DNA of 64,000 nucleotides from Octopus vulgaris (Eukaryota): assembly GCA_951406725.2 (NCBI GenBank), contig OX597833.1, forward strand, positions 2,418,001 to 2,482,000. Reading direction: 5' to 3'. A program made the translations under genes and the position numbers. Under the pieces are notes generated by a model that saw nothing but the letters and a program-made list of their open reading frames with translations, was not told where the DNA came from and searched no databases. The stretch's first letter is position 1; every line of letters begins with the position of its first letter. This document shows positions 40,516 through 56,015 of the stretch, in pieces.

Positions 40516-42352
40516 TTTTATTAGACACGCAGGGTCGAAAACAGAGGAGACAATACAATGTAGAACTTTTCTTTTCGAAAGAAAAAAGATACGATCAAAA
40601 GGGCTTCGAAAGCGTTTGGGACAGCAAAATAAAGCGGAGTAAAAATATAAAACAGATTAGGTTTATCCGCGGAAAGAAAAGCCTACGAAAATGGCCGCGG
40701 TAACCTCGGGCATGGAAAGAAACACATGAGAGCAAAGCTCTCTCTCTTTCTTCTCTCTTCCTCCCTCTCTCTCTCCCTTTCTCTCTCTCTCTCTTCTTCC
40801 TCTCCCTCCCTCTCTCTCCCCTTTCTCTCTCTCTCTTTCTTCCCTCTCCCTCCCTCTCTTTCACCTTTCTCTCTCTCTCTTTCTTCCCTCTCCCTCCCTC
40901 TCTCTCACCTTTCTCTCTCTCTCTCTTTCTTTTCTCTCCCTCCCTCTCTCTCCCCTTTCTCTCTCTCTCTCTTTCTTCCATCTCCCTCTCTCTCTCTCTC
41001 TCTTTCTTCTCTCTCCCTCCCTCTCTCTCTCCCCTTTCTCTCTCTCTCTTTCTTCCCTCTCCCTCCCTCTCCCCTCCTTCTCTCTCTCTTTCTTCCCTCT
41101 CCCTCTCTCTCTTAGATTTACAGGATCATGTCCAAAGTGGTTTCATCATTCACGCGTACCCTCTTTGTTACATTCACCCACATTCACTCACCTTTTATTG
41201 TTACATTCACTCACCTTTTATTAGAAATTTCATGACACAAAACTTCCCTCTCTATTCTCACCTTCTCTAAACCTTTCACGCGAGTTGGTGTTGTCTCTGT
41301 GCTTGGTAGCGTCGATGGTGGTGGTTTTTGGTTGGGATGTTTTATTGGTTGGTGGAGCTCTTTCATTTGCTTTATCACTTGTGTTGCTGGCGGTGTGGGT
41401 GTCAGTGCTGGTTTGTTTTCGGTTTTTGGTCTTGTTGTTTCTGTTGTTGTTGATATTTCTAATCCAGGAGGCACGTCTTTAATTTTCACCTTTGTCACCC
41501 GACGACCGAGGTACGTGGGAATCATTATAAATTCCCCGCATTCCAGGCTGTTTCGAGTGTTCTTTCGCGCGTTCTTCCTTATCAAATCTTACCTCGATCG
41601 TGGCAAATTTTTTCCCTCTTGCAATATGTTTTACGAGCCTGTATGAGCCGTAAGCATTTCTCAACTGTTTCCTGAGTGGCCTGTGCCATTCTTTTACATT
41701 TGTGTTCAGGGCTTTGTAAGTAATAGATTTTTTGGAAATGTCTTTTGGAAATGCTTTGTGGTGGGGATTCAGTTTAACGGTTCTGTCTTCTTTGTATAAT
41801 AATTGTTTACATTGTAGAAGTTCTTCCTTTGAGAAGGACATCAAATATTTCCTTTGCTTTAAAACAGGAGGAAAGTTATTTAGTTTGTCTGTGACATTGT
41901 TGTTCGTGGTAGCAGTTTTTGCGACAGAAGTGATAGTGGTGGTGACAGGAGAAGTAATAGTCGTGGTGGCACTGTTCATTGTTTTATGAGTGTTTTCATT
42001 ACCACTTGTTCCGAAGAAAAGCTTGCCTTATGATGCGTATTGTCGTTCTTCAAAAGTGTGTGTGTGTGTGTGTGACAATGTAGCGTTGTTTTGATTGTTG
42101 TTCGAAGTTTTTGTTGTTAGCAATGGTGGGAATTCCAATTCTAAGTCAAAGACGGGAACGCTAGCAGTCTAAGAAGGACTATCCATTTTTCCAGACTGAT
42201 GAAAAATTTATTTATGAAATATGATTTGAAAATTTTAAAATTCACTCTTTAAAGGGTAAATTTTCAAGCGAAAGCCACGCTCGAGGCCACGCAAAAGTTG
42301 TTAGGCAACTTTTTAACAGGAATAAATAGAGATACACATAAATAAAACCGAA
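40516..42352 (-). mobile_element. Internally deleted Tx1/L1-like non-LTR element bounded by (GATA)n on both sides
   Basis: Putative 5'UTR at 42352-41980. An ORF1-like frame starts at 41979 (frameshift near 41530) with IARGKKFATIEVRF..E..A and IPTYLGRRVTKVKIKDVPP, which is RRM-like and resembles Tx1 ORF1. It jumps to an ORF2-like end KVRIEREVL...WVNVTKRVRVNDETTLDMIL* (stop ~41117), then a GA-rich 3'UTR, AATAAA and (CTAT)n. Confidence 0.65.
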
Positions 42353-42452
<100 letters not shown>

Positions 42453-42512
42453 GTATGGCATCATCCCATACATATGCGTGTGAGCATATTTATGGGTTGA
42501 TGCTAGTATAGG

Positions 42513-42545
<33 letters not shown>

Positions 42546-42712
42546 ATATGTGTGTGTATATGTATATATATAAATATATATATGTGTGTGTGTGTATATA
42601 TGTATATAAATATATATATATATGTGTTTATATACATACATTGACATATATATGTATATATATATAGATATATATATATATATGTATATATGTATATGTC
42701 CATATATATATA

Positions 42713-42915
42713 TACTCTTTTACTTGTTTCAGTCATTTGACTGCGGCCATGCTGGAGCACCGCCTTTAGTCGAGCAAATCGACCCCGGGACTTATTCTTT
42801 GTAAGCCCAGTACTTATTCTATCAGTCTCTTTTGCCGAACCGCTAAGTGACCGGGACGTAAACACACCAGCATCGGTTGTCAAGCAATGCTAGGGGGACA
42901 AACACAGACACACAA

Positions 42916-42947
<32 letters not shown>

Positions 42948-43130
42948 CTATATATATATACATATATATACGACAGGCTTCTTTCAGTTTCCGTCTACCA
43001 AATCCACTCACAAGGCATTGGTCGGCCCGGGGCTATAGCAGAAGACACTTATCCAAGGGCCACGCAGTGGGACTGAACCCGGAACCATGTGGTTGGTTAG
43101 CAAGCTACTTATCACACAGCCACTCCTGCG

Positions 43131-43132
<2 letters not shown>
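42713..43132 (-). mobile_element. SINE family A copy (young-looking)
   Basis: Full-length family match. Confidence 0.92.
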
Positions 43133-43214
<82 letters not shown>

Positions 43215-44010
43215 TAGACATGTATATTATACTTAGTATATTATATAAACTTATGTCTAGTGTACTCCATTTGTTCGTAGGCATAGATATACAGATATAT
43301 ACATATGTGTGTGTGTGTGTATGGTTGTGTGTTTGTGTGTGAGTGTGGGTTTGGGTGTGAGTGAGTATATATATATATTTGTGTATGGTAGGGAGGGAGA
43401 AAAAAACCTAGATCTGAACGGTCTGTCAGGGGCTGAACAGATAGATTATTCTGATATCCCGGCTAACGCCCAGATGTCAACTAAGTAATATCACTTTGAT
43501 TGCTCGTTAAATGAAACCGCTTTTGTTGCAGCCCTCGAAAGCGTGAGGGCACATCTACGTACACATAGCCGCTCCTTTGTAAAAGAGGGGAATGGTTTGC
43601 GGTCAGTGTACTTTGAAGCTTATGGTGTAGTTGAGGTTTATGCTAAGTTAGACGTAGACAACATGGAGTCTTGCCAACTGAAATAAGCTTAGCGAAAGGA
43701 AAATAAATTAACCGAATAATAACAGTTTGTGCGTAGAGGATTGTGTGTGTGTCAGTGTGTGCTTGTGAATGTTTTACGTACATACATACACGCACATATA
43801 CAAACATACATTCATACATATATAAGCATATATTATATAGCCATATAATATATATATTTATATATATATATATATATATATATAAATATATACAAATACA
43901 TACACACACAAACACATACATATATATACATATATGCATACATACATATATATGCACGTCTATTTATATATCACGTATTCGTATACATCATATATATTAT
44001 ATACAGGGAA

Positions 44011-44081
<71 letters not shown>

Positions 44082-44211
44082 TAGTGGGGTATGTATGTAT
44101 AAACATATTTGTATGTATAAGCGTATTTATACGTACATAAAGATAGGCACACACTTATATATGTATACAGTATATATGTATATATACATACGTTTATATA
44201 CATATATATCC

Positions 44212-44260
<49 letters not shown>

Positions 44261-44379
44261 TATAAACATATACTTACGCACACACACAGACATATATATA
44301 TATATATATGATATATATTTTTGTAGTGTATATAAACATATATAAACATATATATGTATATATACATATATATGTATAC

Positions 44380-44416
<37 letters not shown>

Positions 44417-44611
44417 CACATATATATATGCACACATATCATAATATTTATATACGTGACCAGCCGCATGGATGTATATCCTTGGTTTCTATTTTTATCG
44501 AGCAGTTGACTTTCCCGTCATAATTAGTCGGCGAGTTGGTGGGGGATGAGGAAGAGGTGGTGAAGAATAGTAGTAGTAATAGGAAGAGGAGGGGGAGGAG
44601 GAGGGACAGCG

Positions 44612-44900
44612 CCCATTTTCGGTGGTTCTTTTGAAGCTGATGAGATTGACAGGGATTTATCTACAGATCAAGTTACTCCTCCGTAGCCAGCCGACGTCTT
44701 CAAGGAAAACAACATTGGCAGGAAGTGAATTCCAGAGTATTGGTTGCATCCCTGGAGAGAATTGATTACATAATGGTATTTTTGGTGTGATCTGCAACGG
44801 TTAAGACAAAGGAATGGTGAGATGACGTGGCTCTTAATAAACAGTTGCAGGAAAAGAAGAAACGCGTAAGAATCTCCTGGCCCTCACTGGAAGCAGTGCT
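44612..44900 (-). pseudogene. Decayed CR1/L2-group LINE C-terminal fragment
   Basis: Minus-strand LWNSLPANVVF and NLISFKR motifs. Confidence 0.5.
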
Positions 44901-45370
44901 TCGGTTCTTCGCTCAGGGAAGCAATAAAAGATTATGTTTCTTTTCTTTTCTTTTCTTTTCTTTTCTTTTCTTTTCTTTTCTTTTTCATATACATATAATC
45001 CATCCAACGGCCTTCCATAGAATTTCTCCTGTTGTCGTGTGCATCACGCTGATTCTTTTGTTTACAGTTGGCGATATCACGATGTATATATAAATATGTG
45101 AGTGCTTGTGTGCTGCGTTTCTCTGTGTGTGTGTGTGTGTGTGTGCGTGTGTCTCTGTGTGCTTGTGTCTGTTTGAGTGTGAGTACGTTTGTGTGTATTA
45201 TTAATAGCAATCGGCAGAAGCTACAGAATAACTATATAGGCATGGATACATATATGTAAGTATGCATGTATATATATGTGTGTGTGTGCGTGTGCGTGTG
45301 TTTGCGTGTGTATATACGTATATGTATATATGTATATACATATATGTATATATATATATATATATATATG

Positions 45371-45402
<32 letters not shown>

Positions 45403-45416
45403 CATAAACATATATT

Positions 45417-45504
<88 letters not shown>

Positions 45505-45524
45505 CGTGTATATATATATATGTT

Positions 45525-45563
<39 letters not shown>

Positions 45564-45766
45564 ATTAAATAATCCAAACATTTCACTGGTTAATCCCTAT
45601 CATATAAGTAGAAAGTCTCGACGGTATGTTTTGGAGTATTATAGTAACACATTGTTGATAATGAAAGAAAGAAAATGGAGAATTTTGGATGTATAAATAA
45701 TTTATTTGTATGATATAATGAGTTTGAATTTTTTTTAATAAAACAATACAAATAAATTATAAATTC

Positions 45767-46132
45767 CTAGCACTATGACCCGGCAACGCCGGGGCATAGT
45801 GCTAGTGCCTGCATATACAGCTGCGTTCGTGCGTGTGCACATACACGTGAGTACTGTCCAAATCTCCGACCAATCACATACGCCTAGCTGGCATTCAATT
45901 GGCGTATCAAGTTTCGGGCATTTTGATAGGGTTTTAGATAGGAAATTCACAAAAAAAGTCACTTATATTGATTTTTAATGGCTTTGCGGGCTGACTGGGG
46001 AAATGTAAAGATATGCACGACCACCCTTGGACAGTTTTGAATGACCCTCTAACTGAAAAATTGTGGATTTGTATAAAGAACACGCACACACTCACACAGA
46101 GACAGACATTTTGCCGTTTATATATAGAGAGA
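45767..46132 (-). mobile_element. Non-autonomous Helitron
   Basis: The minus strand begins a|TCtctctatatataaacggcaaaatgtctgtc and ends in a GC-rich hairpin (ccccggc gtt gccggg) followed by CTAG. Confidence 0.7.
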
Positions 46133-46299
46133 TAAAGCTCTAAAAGAAACGGGAGATGTCAAAAATCTACATATATATTTCGATTCTTGCCTCTTGGTGA
46201 TTCATAATTCTAAGCATTTGGGTAAGGGTCATATACTAAGAATTTGTCGTCATTTTCAACTATATGGGACAGAATTTCATCAGGGCTTTATGAGTTTAT

Positions 46300-46391
<92 letters not shown>

Positions 46392-47439
46392 GCGCAAATT
46401 CAACGACCAAGTTGTGTTGCTTAATTAATCGTATAACTTAATTACACGCGCATAATTGAAATCAACGTTGGTTCATTGAATTCTCGTCATGCTAATGATC
46501 CTTAGACTATTTATTCTTTTAGAATGAATATCTTGAAGGACAGACGATTATAGCTTACTGGCTTGTATTGACCACCGAGTCTTTGCCAGGAATCTAGATC
46601 ACGTTTATCTCGACGTAGTCCAACACCTTATGCGTAAGTAGCTGCTAAATCCGTCTCAACTGTGTGTCCTGTATACAATTTCGGGTTTTAATCGAGTCTT
46701 GTAGGGCTCTGCACTTAACGACGGAGGAAGTTGTAGTAACATACTACTTAATACTGAACATGTACTTTAATTCCGACCTTATTTGAGCTCTGTAGTCGCT
46801 TATATCAATGATCAGGTTTGAAAGCTTTGGTATCCCAACAGAAGAAGTCTTCTCTTTGATCGTTTTCGTTTTTGTTTGCAATGTTATATTTCAGAAGTTA
46901 CCAGGGTTGATTGTTGGGGATTGTAGGGTCTTCATTGAATTAAGAAGGCAAACATGACACTACAAAATTATAAATTCGTTTGTTTTGGAGGGTTTTTAAT
47001 GGGGGTTTTTTTGTTGTTTTTTTTTTGTTTTATTTTCCTGATGATTATTTTACAAACAGGCAACTGATTCTAAATGCTGAGCAGAGCGTGACTTCTTCTT
47101 AATGATTCACGCAGTGTTCTTCCTTTGAACTGTTTGTACTGTTGCTAGTAGCTACAACAGAGCAACAACATAGGGTGCGTGTGTCATAGGCTTTGATTAT
47201 GTGAGAAAACCAAGTTGAATAAAACAAACACGGAATTTAGTATTCCGTTTCGCTCTCTCTGCGTTAAAACCTCATTTGTTATAAAGAACCTTCGGCCTAG
47301 AGACTATCGTACCGCACGCTTTTACCAGGGGACTAGACCGATTGTAAATCTGTTCGATAGTTTGCTGTTGAAACGTTCGCATTGCTAATATCCACGAGAA
47401 ATTGAATTGATTCCATTCCCAAATCTCAAGAAATGGTTA

Positions 47440-47654
47440 TTCTTTTACTCTTTTACTCTTTTACTTGTTTCAGTCATTTGACTGCGGCCATGCTGGAGCA
47501 CCGCCTTTAGTCGAGCAAATCGACCCCGGGACTTATTCTTTGTAAGCCCAGTACTTATTCTATCGGTCTCTTTTGAGACCGCTAAGTGACTGGGATGTAA
47601 ACACACCAGCATCGGTTGTCAAGCAATGCTAGGGTGACAAACACAGACACACAA

Positions 47655-47706
<52 letters not shown>

Positions 47707-47868
47707 ACGACAGGCTTCTTTCAGTTTCCGTATACCAAATCCACTCACAAGGCATTGGTCGGCCCGAGGCTATAGCAGAAGACACTTGCCCAAGATGCCA
47801 CGCAGTGGGACTGAACCCGGAACCATGTGGTTGGTTAGCAAGCTACTTACCACACAGCCACGCCTGCG
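47440..47868 (-). mobile_element. SINE family A copy
   Basis: Full-length family match. Confidence 0.92.
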
Positions 47869-48129
47869 CTGCGATGGCTATATAAATTTTATGGTTATAC
47901 AAATTATAAAAAAAGCCAGTGATTTAAATTAATATTTACGAGATATTATTTATTGCTGCTTCTGTTTCGGGATTCAAAATACAAAAAAAAAAAAATACTT
48001 TTCACGTTCTCTCGAAAGTTCCAAACTTCCTGTTATCAATATCTGTGCGCGCGCACGTATGTGTGTAGGTGTGTGTTTGTGTTACTCGTTTTAGCCATGC
48101 GGCTGCGGCCATGCTAGAGCACCGCCATG

Positions 48130-48370
48130 GTCTTGCTGATTTCCTCAGTCTGGGCTGTTTCACATCACCACTGCTCTATGTGTCTTTGTCCCAGCTGTTG
48201 ACCTGTTTGGTGTATAAGTGAGATTGATTCTGCTGCCCTCGTCTGCACTTCATATCGGACTGCTGGTTCATCTAGTATGGTGGAGAGGAGGATCCCCAGT
48301 TCTTTTTTGAAGATGTCTACATCCACCTTTTGCAGATTTCTTATCTTTTGCACCAGGGCATTGAAGAACC
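48130..48370 (-). mobile_element. CR1-type LINE 3' fragment
   Basis: FFNALVQKIRNLQKVDVDIFKKELGILLSTILDEP...AAESISL resembles the CR1 C-terminus LFN.LP..IRNL....F.K..LD..L..IPDEP. Confidence 0.7.
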
Positions 48371-49280
48371 ATATTTGTATTTGTATATGCATGCATGTAT
48401 GTGTGCACGTGTGTACGATATGAATATACATACATATATTTGTATATATATATATATAAATATATATATACAAATTTATACTTGTGTCTGTGTTTGTATG
48501 TGTGTGTATTTGTGTATATTGCTTCGCCTATATACGCATGTTCAAAAACTTCCCCGAGGACACAACTAGCATAACAATTAAAAATGTTAATATATTTTCT
48601 TGATAACAATAACTATAAAATAGCAAGAACAACAACAACAACAACAACAACAATTACAATATGATGAATGCCAATCTCAAACAAGATCAAAATACAATAA
48701 ACTGAAAAAATATTTGATTAAATACAGCTAACTAGTTATCTGCGTTAAACATAAAAAAGCAATATATTTCATTCAATTAAATGGGTTTAAACAAAATGGC
48801 GTCGTCGAAATTTGTTGTTGTTCCGTTGTAAAGAATTTTTTGTGTTTGTGTTTGCAGAGCGAAGGTGGTGGGATTAGAAATACAATTTAATGACGGCCAT
48901 CTTTAATTTAGTAAACTCATCATTGTAGTGTAAGTCGCGGCGTCGTACAAGGTTGGGGGGGGGGGGGAGAAAAAGCGGGGCGGGAATGGGTGAAATGAAA
49001 AATGAAGAGGTGGGTAAGATGATTATGTGTGGGAGAGAATGTGTAGAAGCGGGAGATGTGTATGTCTAGCGTGTGTTATGTGTATATGTACATTCATGCA
49101 TACAGTTATACACAACATACACATACACACACACAAACATATGTGCGTAACGTTATATGTATATATGTGTGTGTGTGCGCGTATGCGTCTGTGTGAATGT
49201 GTGTAAGTCTGTGAGTGTATGTGCTTGTTTCTAGTATATCATATACATGTCTACAATGTACTTATATACATAAATATATT

Positions 49281-49350
<70 letters not shown>

Positions 49351-49794
49351 CAGATAGATAGATAGATAGATAGGTAGATAGATAGAATGATACAGAGGCA
49401 GGAAGGTAGATGGATAGATATACATATTTATATATATACATATATATATATAATATATATACATACATACATACATACATACATACATTCATGCATACAT
49501 ACATGCATACATATATACGTACATACATGTATATATACATACATACACATATATGTGTGTGTGTGTGTTTGTATGTGTTTTTATAGGTTTTGTTTATATG
49601 AGAGGAAACAAGGATGCTAACAAAGAAGAAAAAAGTTTCAGAGAGAGTGCGAGTAGAAGTGGATGGAGGAAGGAAGTTGGAGGAGTTTGGAGAGAAAGAA
49701 GAGAAAAGGAATGAGACGGAAAGAAAACTTTGTGAATAAAAGAACGAGTGGAAATTTTGTTTGGCAAAGAAAACGCATATACCGAAATAAATAG

Positions 49795-49865
<71 letters not shown>

Positions 49866-49903
49866 CTTAAAATAGCGACAATAGCGAGAAATAAATGTAT
49901 ATG

Positions 49904-49962
<59 letters not shown>

Positions 49963-50079
49963 CGAGAGACAGAGAGAGAAACAGGCTGAGAAGAAAGATA
50001 CATACAGAGAGAGTAACACAACAGAGCAAAAAAAATATATATATATATACATACATACATACATACATACATACATACA

Positions 50080-50171
<92 letters not shown>

Positions 50172-50288
50172 CATAACGAGAAAGTAAGAGAGAGACATGC
50201 AGCGAGAGAGATAGAGGCATAGAGCGAGGGATGAAATATAAAAAGAGAGTCAGAGAGTGTAACGGAGACGAAAACCGGCGGGAGAGGT

Positions 50289-50321
<33 letters not shown>

Positions 50322-50699
50322 GAAACCGAAACACAGAGAGCTTGGTGAGATATCAAAGAGTGAACGCCGTAGGAAAAAAATATTTCTAAAATGGAAGCGA
50401 AGAAGAAAGAGAAAGAGAGGGCGAACTAATGAAAGAATAATTGACTTCGTCTATATAAAATGGAAAAAAATATGGTGGCTTTCATTTTGTTTGTATTCGT
50501 TTTGCTTGTTGTTTTTGTTTTTGTCTTTTGTTTTTTTTTTGTTTTTTTTGTGCTAATGACATCAAGAGTTTTTTGTCTTTGTTTTAAATGATTTAATTAT
50601 TTTAAGTTCATTTGTTGCCATCACAGAATGGGAATAATATTTGTTTACTTCGTACATTTTGCCGTCTTGGAAATTAGCTGTCATTTATTTTGATATAAT

Positions 50700-51593
<894 letters not shown>

Positions 51594-51594
51594 G

Positions 51595-51877
<283 letters not shown>

Positions 51878-52354
51878 TGTTTTGTCTTGGTATAAAAGAT
51901 GGGCTACAGCAAATATTCTGCTCAATACCACAGATTTGCTTGTCAGTTATTTGACTTTAACCAGTTGAGCATGTCCCTTAGTGGCTGACGATATGTGCAT
52001 CTCTGATCACGAGCAGAAGTAGTGGGGGAGCATCATAGACATGTGTTGAAAGGGATTCTTTGGGGTTTGAATAATTCACCTCTGGAAACATGAGTGGTTC
52101 TTTCAACATCCTTAAACAACCCTTATTCAGGGACCTTTTGAACGGGATGGGCTACTCAACCTGAAGAAATTTCTAACTGGGCCCCACCTACAAGGTCATG
52201 TGCTGTTTATCTTGATATGAGATCACCATGTCGCGCACATATGGTTGTGATGCATGTGCCTGGTGTACCCTTATCAGACGGGTAGTCATGATGGGTATAT
52301 TGGGCTTTGTATATTTTACCCCAGTGTCACTTTGATAGCATGCACTGCTCTCTC
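51878..52354 (+). mobile_element. Non-coding 477-bp element flanked by (AAT)n on both sides
   Basis: The last ~100 bp match the three copies at 665-1151. There is no ORF. It is probably a 3'UTR or non-autonomous partner of a (TAA)n-targeting LINE. Confidence 0.7.
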
Positions 52355-52654
52355 AATAATAATAATAAATGTTTTGATGCAGTACCAGGCACTGGCTCAC
52401 GTGACTTCTGATCTTAGCTGATTGGAAGCGTTAATATGTACATATATTGTCATGCTGTCATTTATGCTGTTGGTGTTGTTGTTATTGTTCAGATTCAATC
52501 CTGATCAAACATACCGTCTATTTTGAAGAGATGAGGAATTATGTACGTTATTTACAGTTGACGGATATTTGCCCTTATATGGCGTAGTGGTTAAGAGCGC
52601 GGACTGCTAACGACAAGATTCCGAGTTCGATTCCAGGCATTGGCATGAATAGTT

Positions 52655-53021
52655 CTTTTATTCGTTTCAGTCATTTTGACTGCGGCCATGCTAGAGTACC
52701 GCCTTTAGTCGAGCAAATCGACCCCCAGGACTTATTCTTTGTAAGCCTAGTACCTATTCTATCGGTCTATTATGCCGAACCGCTAGGTTACGAGGACGTA
52801 AACACACAATCATCATTGTCAAATGATATTGGGGGACACACACACACATACATATATACGATGGGCTTCTTTCAGTTTCCGTCTACCAAATCCACTCACA
52901 AGGCGTTGGTCGACCCGAGGCTATAGTAGAAGACACTTGCCCAAGGTGAAACGCAGTGGGACTGAACCCGGAGCCATGTGATTGGTTAGCAAGGTATTTA
53001 CCACACACCCACTCCTGCGCC
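52655..53021 (-). mobile_element. SINE family A copy
   Basis: Full family match. Confidence 0.88.
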
Positions 53022-53026
53022 TAATG

Positions 53027-53103
<77 letters not shown>

Positions 53104-53149
53104 AAGAAGAAAGAAGAAGAAGAAGAAGAAGAAGAAGAAGAAGAAGAAG

Positions 53150-53181
<32 letters not shown>

Positions 53182-53219
53182 CCTTAGGAATGAGAACCCA
53201 GGTTCGAAATTCCCCAAGT

Positions 53220-53261
53220 CACCTGATGAAGGCTGGTGGGTATATCAGCCGAATTGTTGTG
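53220..53261 (+). ncRNA. Hammerhead-like motif in a Penelope-type repeat (53180-53320)
   Basis: cac-CTGATGA-a-ggctggt gggtat atcagcc-GAAT-tg-TT-gtg, with a 7-bp helix II and a mutated GAAA. An inverted piece of the same repeat lies at about 52530-52578. Confidence 0.5.
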
Positions 53262-53639
53262 CTAACAACAAACAAGATGAGGACAAATATCCGTCAGATG
53301 CAAATAATGTAAATAATGTGCTGATCAAACATATTTATTTAGTATCAAAATATCTTGCATCGAATTGTATTTAATTAAATCTAACATTTCCTACTTCATA
53401 TCACAAAAATCAATATCGATCGATATTTTACCTCACAGAAAGAGTTCTGTTGAAGCGTATTTAATTTGTTTTGTCTACTGTAGGACAGACTGAACTCGGC
53501 TTTTCACGTTCTTAGGACTGAGATACCAAGATAGTCTTACGGACGTTCATGGTTGGATCGTCAGTAATATTTCTGTGTTCTCATGAGTTTTCGGGTTTTC
53601 CTCTTCTAGATCTTCTCTACGTTAGATACTCTCTACGTA

Positions 53640-54044
53640 GGCGCAGGAGTGGCTGTGTGGTATGTAGCTTGCTAACCAACTACATGGTTCAGGGTTCAGT
53701 CCCACTGCGTGGCACCTTGGGCAAGTGTCTTCTGCTATAGCCCCGGGCCGACCAATGCCTTGTGAGTGGATTTGGTAGATGGAAACTGAAAGAAGCCCGT
53801 CGTATATATGTATATATATATATGTGTGTGTATATGTTTGTGTGTCTGTGTTTGCCCCCCTAGCATTGCTTGACAACCGATGCTGGCGTGTTTATGTCCC
53901 CGTCACTTAGCAGTTCGGCCAAAGAGACCGATAGAATAAGTACTGGGCTTACAAAGAATAAGTCCTTGGGTCTAGTTGCTCCACTAAAGGCGGTGCTCCA
54001 GCATGGCCGCAGTCAAATGACTGAAACAAGTAAAAGAGTAAAAG
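53640..54044 (+). mobile_element. SINE family A copy (young-looking)
   Basis: Full-length family match with gtaaaaga tail. Confidence 0.92.
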
Positions 54045-54384
54045 TGTAACCCAGCCAGGTTTCACTAAGTTCCAACTTGCATCACCATATTGCAACAAAC
54101 CACCGACTTACCCTTTTTATCCAAACCTATCTAGTGACCATCTCTACAGCTTTAGAAACAGAATTTATACTCCTCCTTTTTATTTCCACGGTAACTCAAA
54201 GTCCCAGTCAGAGCTTTACAGAATGAACGCCCAGCAAAAACACGGATGGCCAATTCAGTTGCCATGCAACGTGCCTGGTTGCCCTGGTTTCTACATTGAT
54301 CCGTATATGCCTATATATGGTTAGGCTTTCTGCGTTCTCAACGAGGCGGCCGGGATCCGGTTCCTAGTTTGGGGAAAGTATTTT

Positions 54385-55037
<653 letters not shown>

Positions 55038-55439
55038 CATGAATGGTAAACTCGTACTCAACAAAAATATCGAATAATCTGTCGGATGAATGTAAAAAAG
55101 TTTTTTTTTTATTTATCTGAACACAAAAACAAACATTAACACAAATATGTGTGTGTGTGTGTGTGTGTGCGTGTGTGTGTGTGTCTGTGCGTATGTGTGT
55201 GTCCCTGTATTGTTATACACTGATTTCTCTATATGCATTTAGCTGTGTGTCTGTATATCTACGTGTTTTCAGTTGTGAATGTGTCACAGTTTTTATGCAA
55301 TTATTGTCAGTGTGCGTGGGTAGGTCTTCGTATGTATCTGTAAAGTCAGTTTGAGTGTATGCCAAAATGTGCATCTCTGTGACTTTTTGCACTATGAATA
55401 TATCAGTGTGTATGTATATATGTATGTATCAATGTATAA

Positions 55440-55618
55440 AGGTACATGAAGCCCAGTTACAACTAAAGCCGGCTATTACCAGTAAAGGTCTTACTTGCCA
55501 ATTTTGTACAAGACATTGTAGATCTTTAGCTGGGCTAAAAAATCTCATTCGATCACAGCACTAGTAACAGTTAAGCTTCGTGCAATGGCCATACTCGATA
55601 ACGAGGGGGCAGCCACAA
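55440..55618 (+). mobile_element. RTE-clade LINE 3' end
   Basis: LTCQFCTRHCRSLAGLKNLIRSQH* is a degenerate terminal C2H2-like motif, followed by a short 3'UTR with the hairpin ctcg ataa cgag. Confidence 0.55.
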
Positions 55619-55799
55619 TCAATGTATACACCCGTATTTCTCTCGCTGTGTGTATGTTTTCCTGTCAGTCCGCAGATCTCTAGTTATACATGTGTGTAAA
55701 GTTCGATGCATTCGTTTCTTTGTGTACTACTGCGTGTATCTGTTTATAGGGATATGTCTGTCAATGTATATGCGTTTGTGTATTTATCGCTGTGTATAC

Positions 55800-55867
<68 letters not shown>

Positions 55868-55984
55868 GTATGAACACGTGTATATATGCGTATGTGTGTC
55901 AGAAACATATTCAATGCAAGGGTATCTTTCTCTATTTCTGTATTTATAAATCAACAATGTATTATTTATAAATCAACAATGTAC

Positions 55985-56015
55985 AAATGGCCGCCGCCAT
56001 ATCATGCGCATGCGC
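55985..56015. promoter_or_regulatory. Adjacent YY1-like and NRF1/ewg-like motifs
   Basis: aaatggccgccgccat (55985-56000) and TGCGCATGCGC (56005-56015) in otherwise AT-rich, apparently unique DNA. Confidence 0.3.

Noticed and set aside
46523-46597. Possible next sGC exon (ttttag|NEYLEGQTII, loosely like LKGQMI)
   Set aside because: It lacks the following conserved FLxSP motif and reaches a stop after 24 codons.
52580-52645. tRNA-Ser(GCT)-like sequence with A and B boxes
   Set aside because: The anticodon and acceptor stems do not pair, so it is better explained as a SINE head.
54050-54300. Possible old L2/CR1 RT fragment (DLPFLSK-like)
   Set aside because: A single short motif is not enough support.
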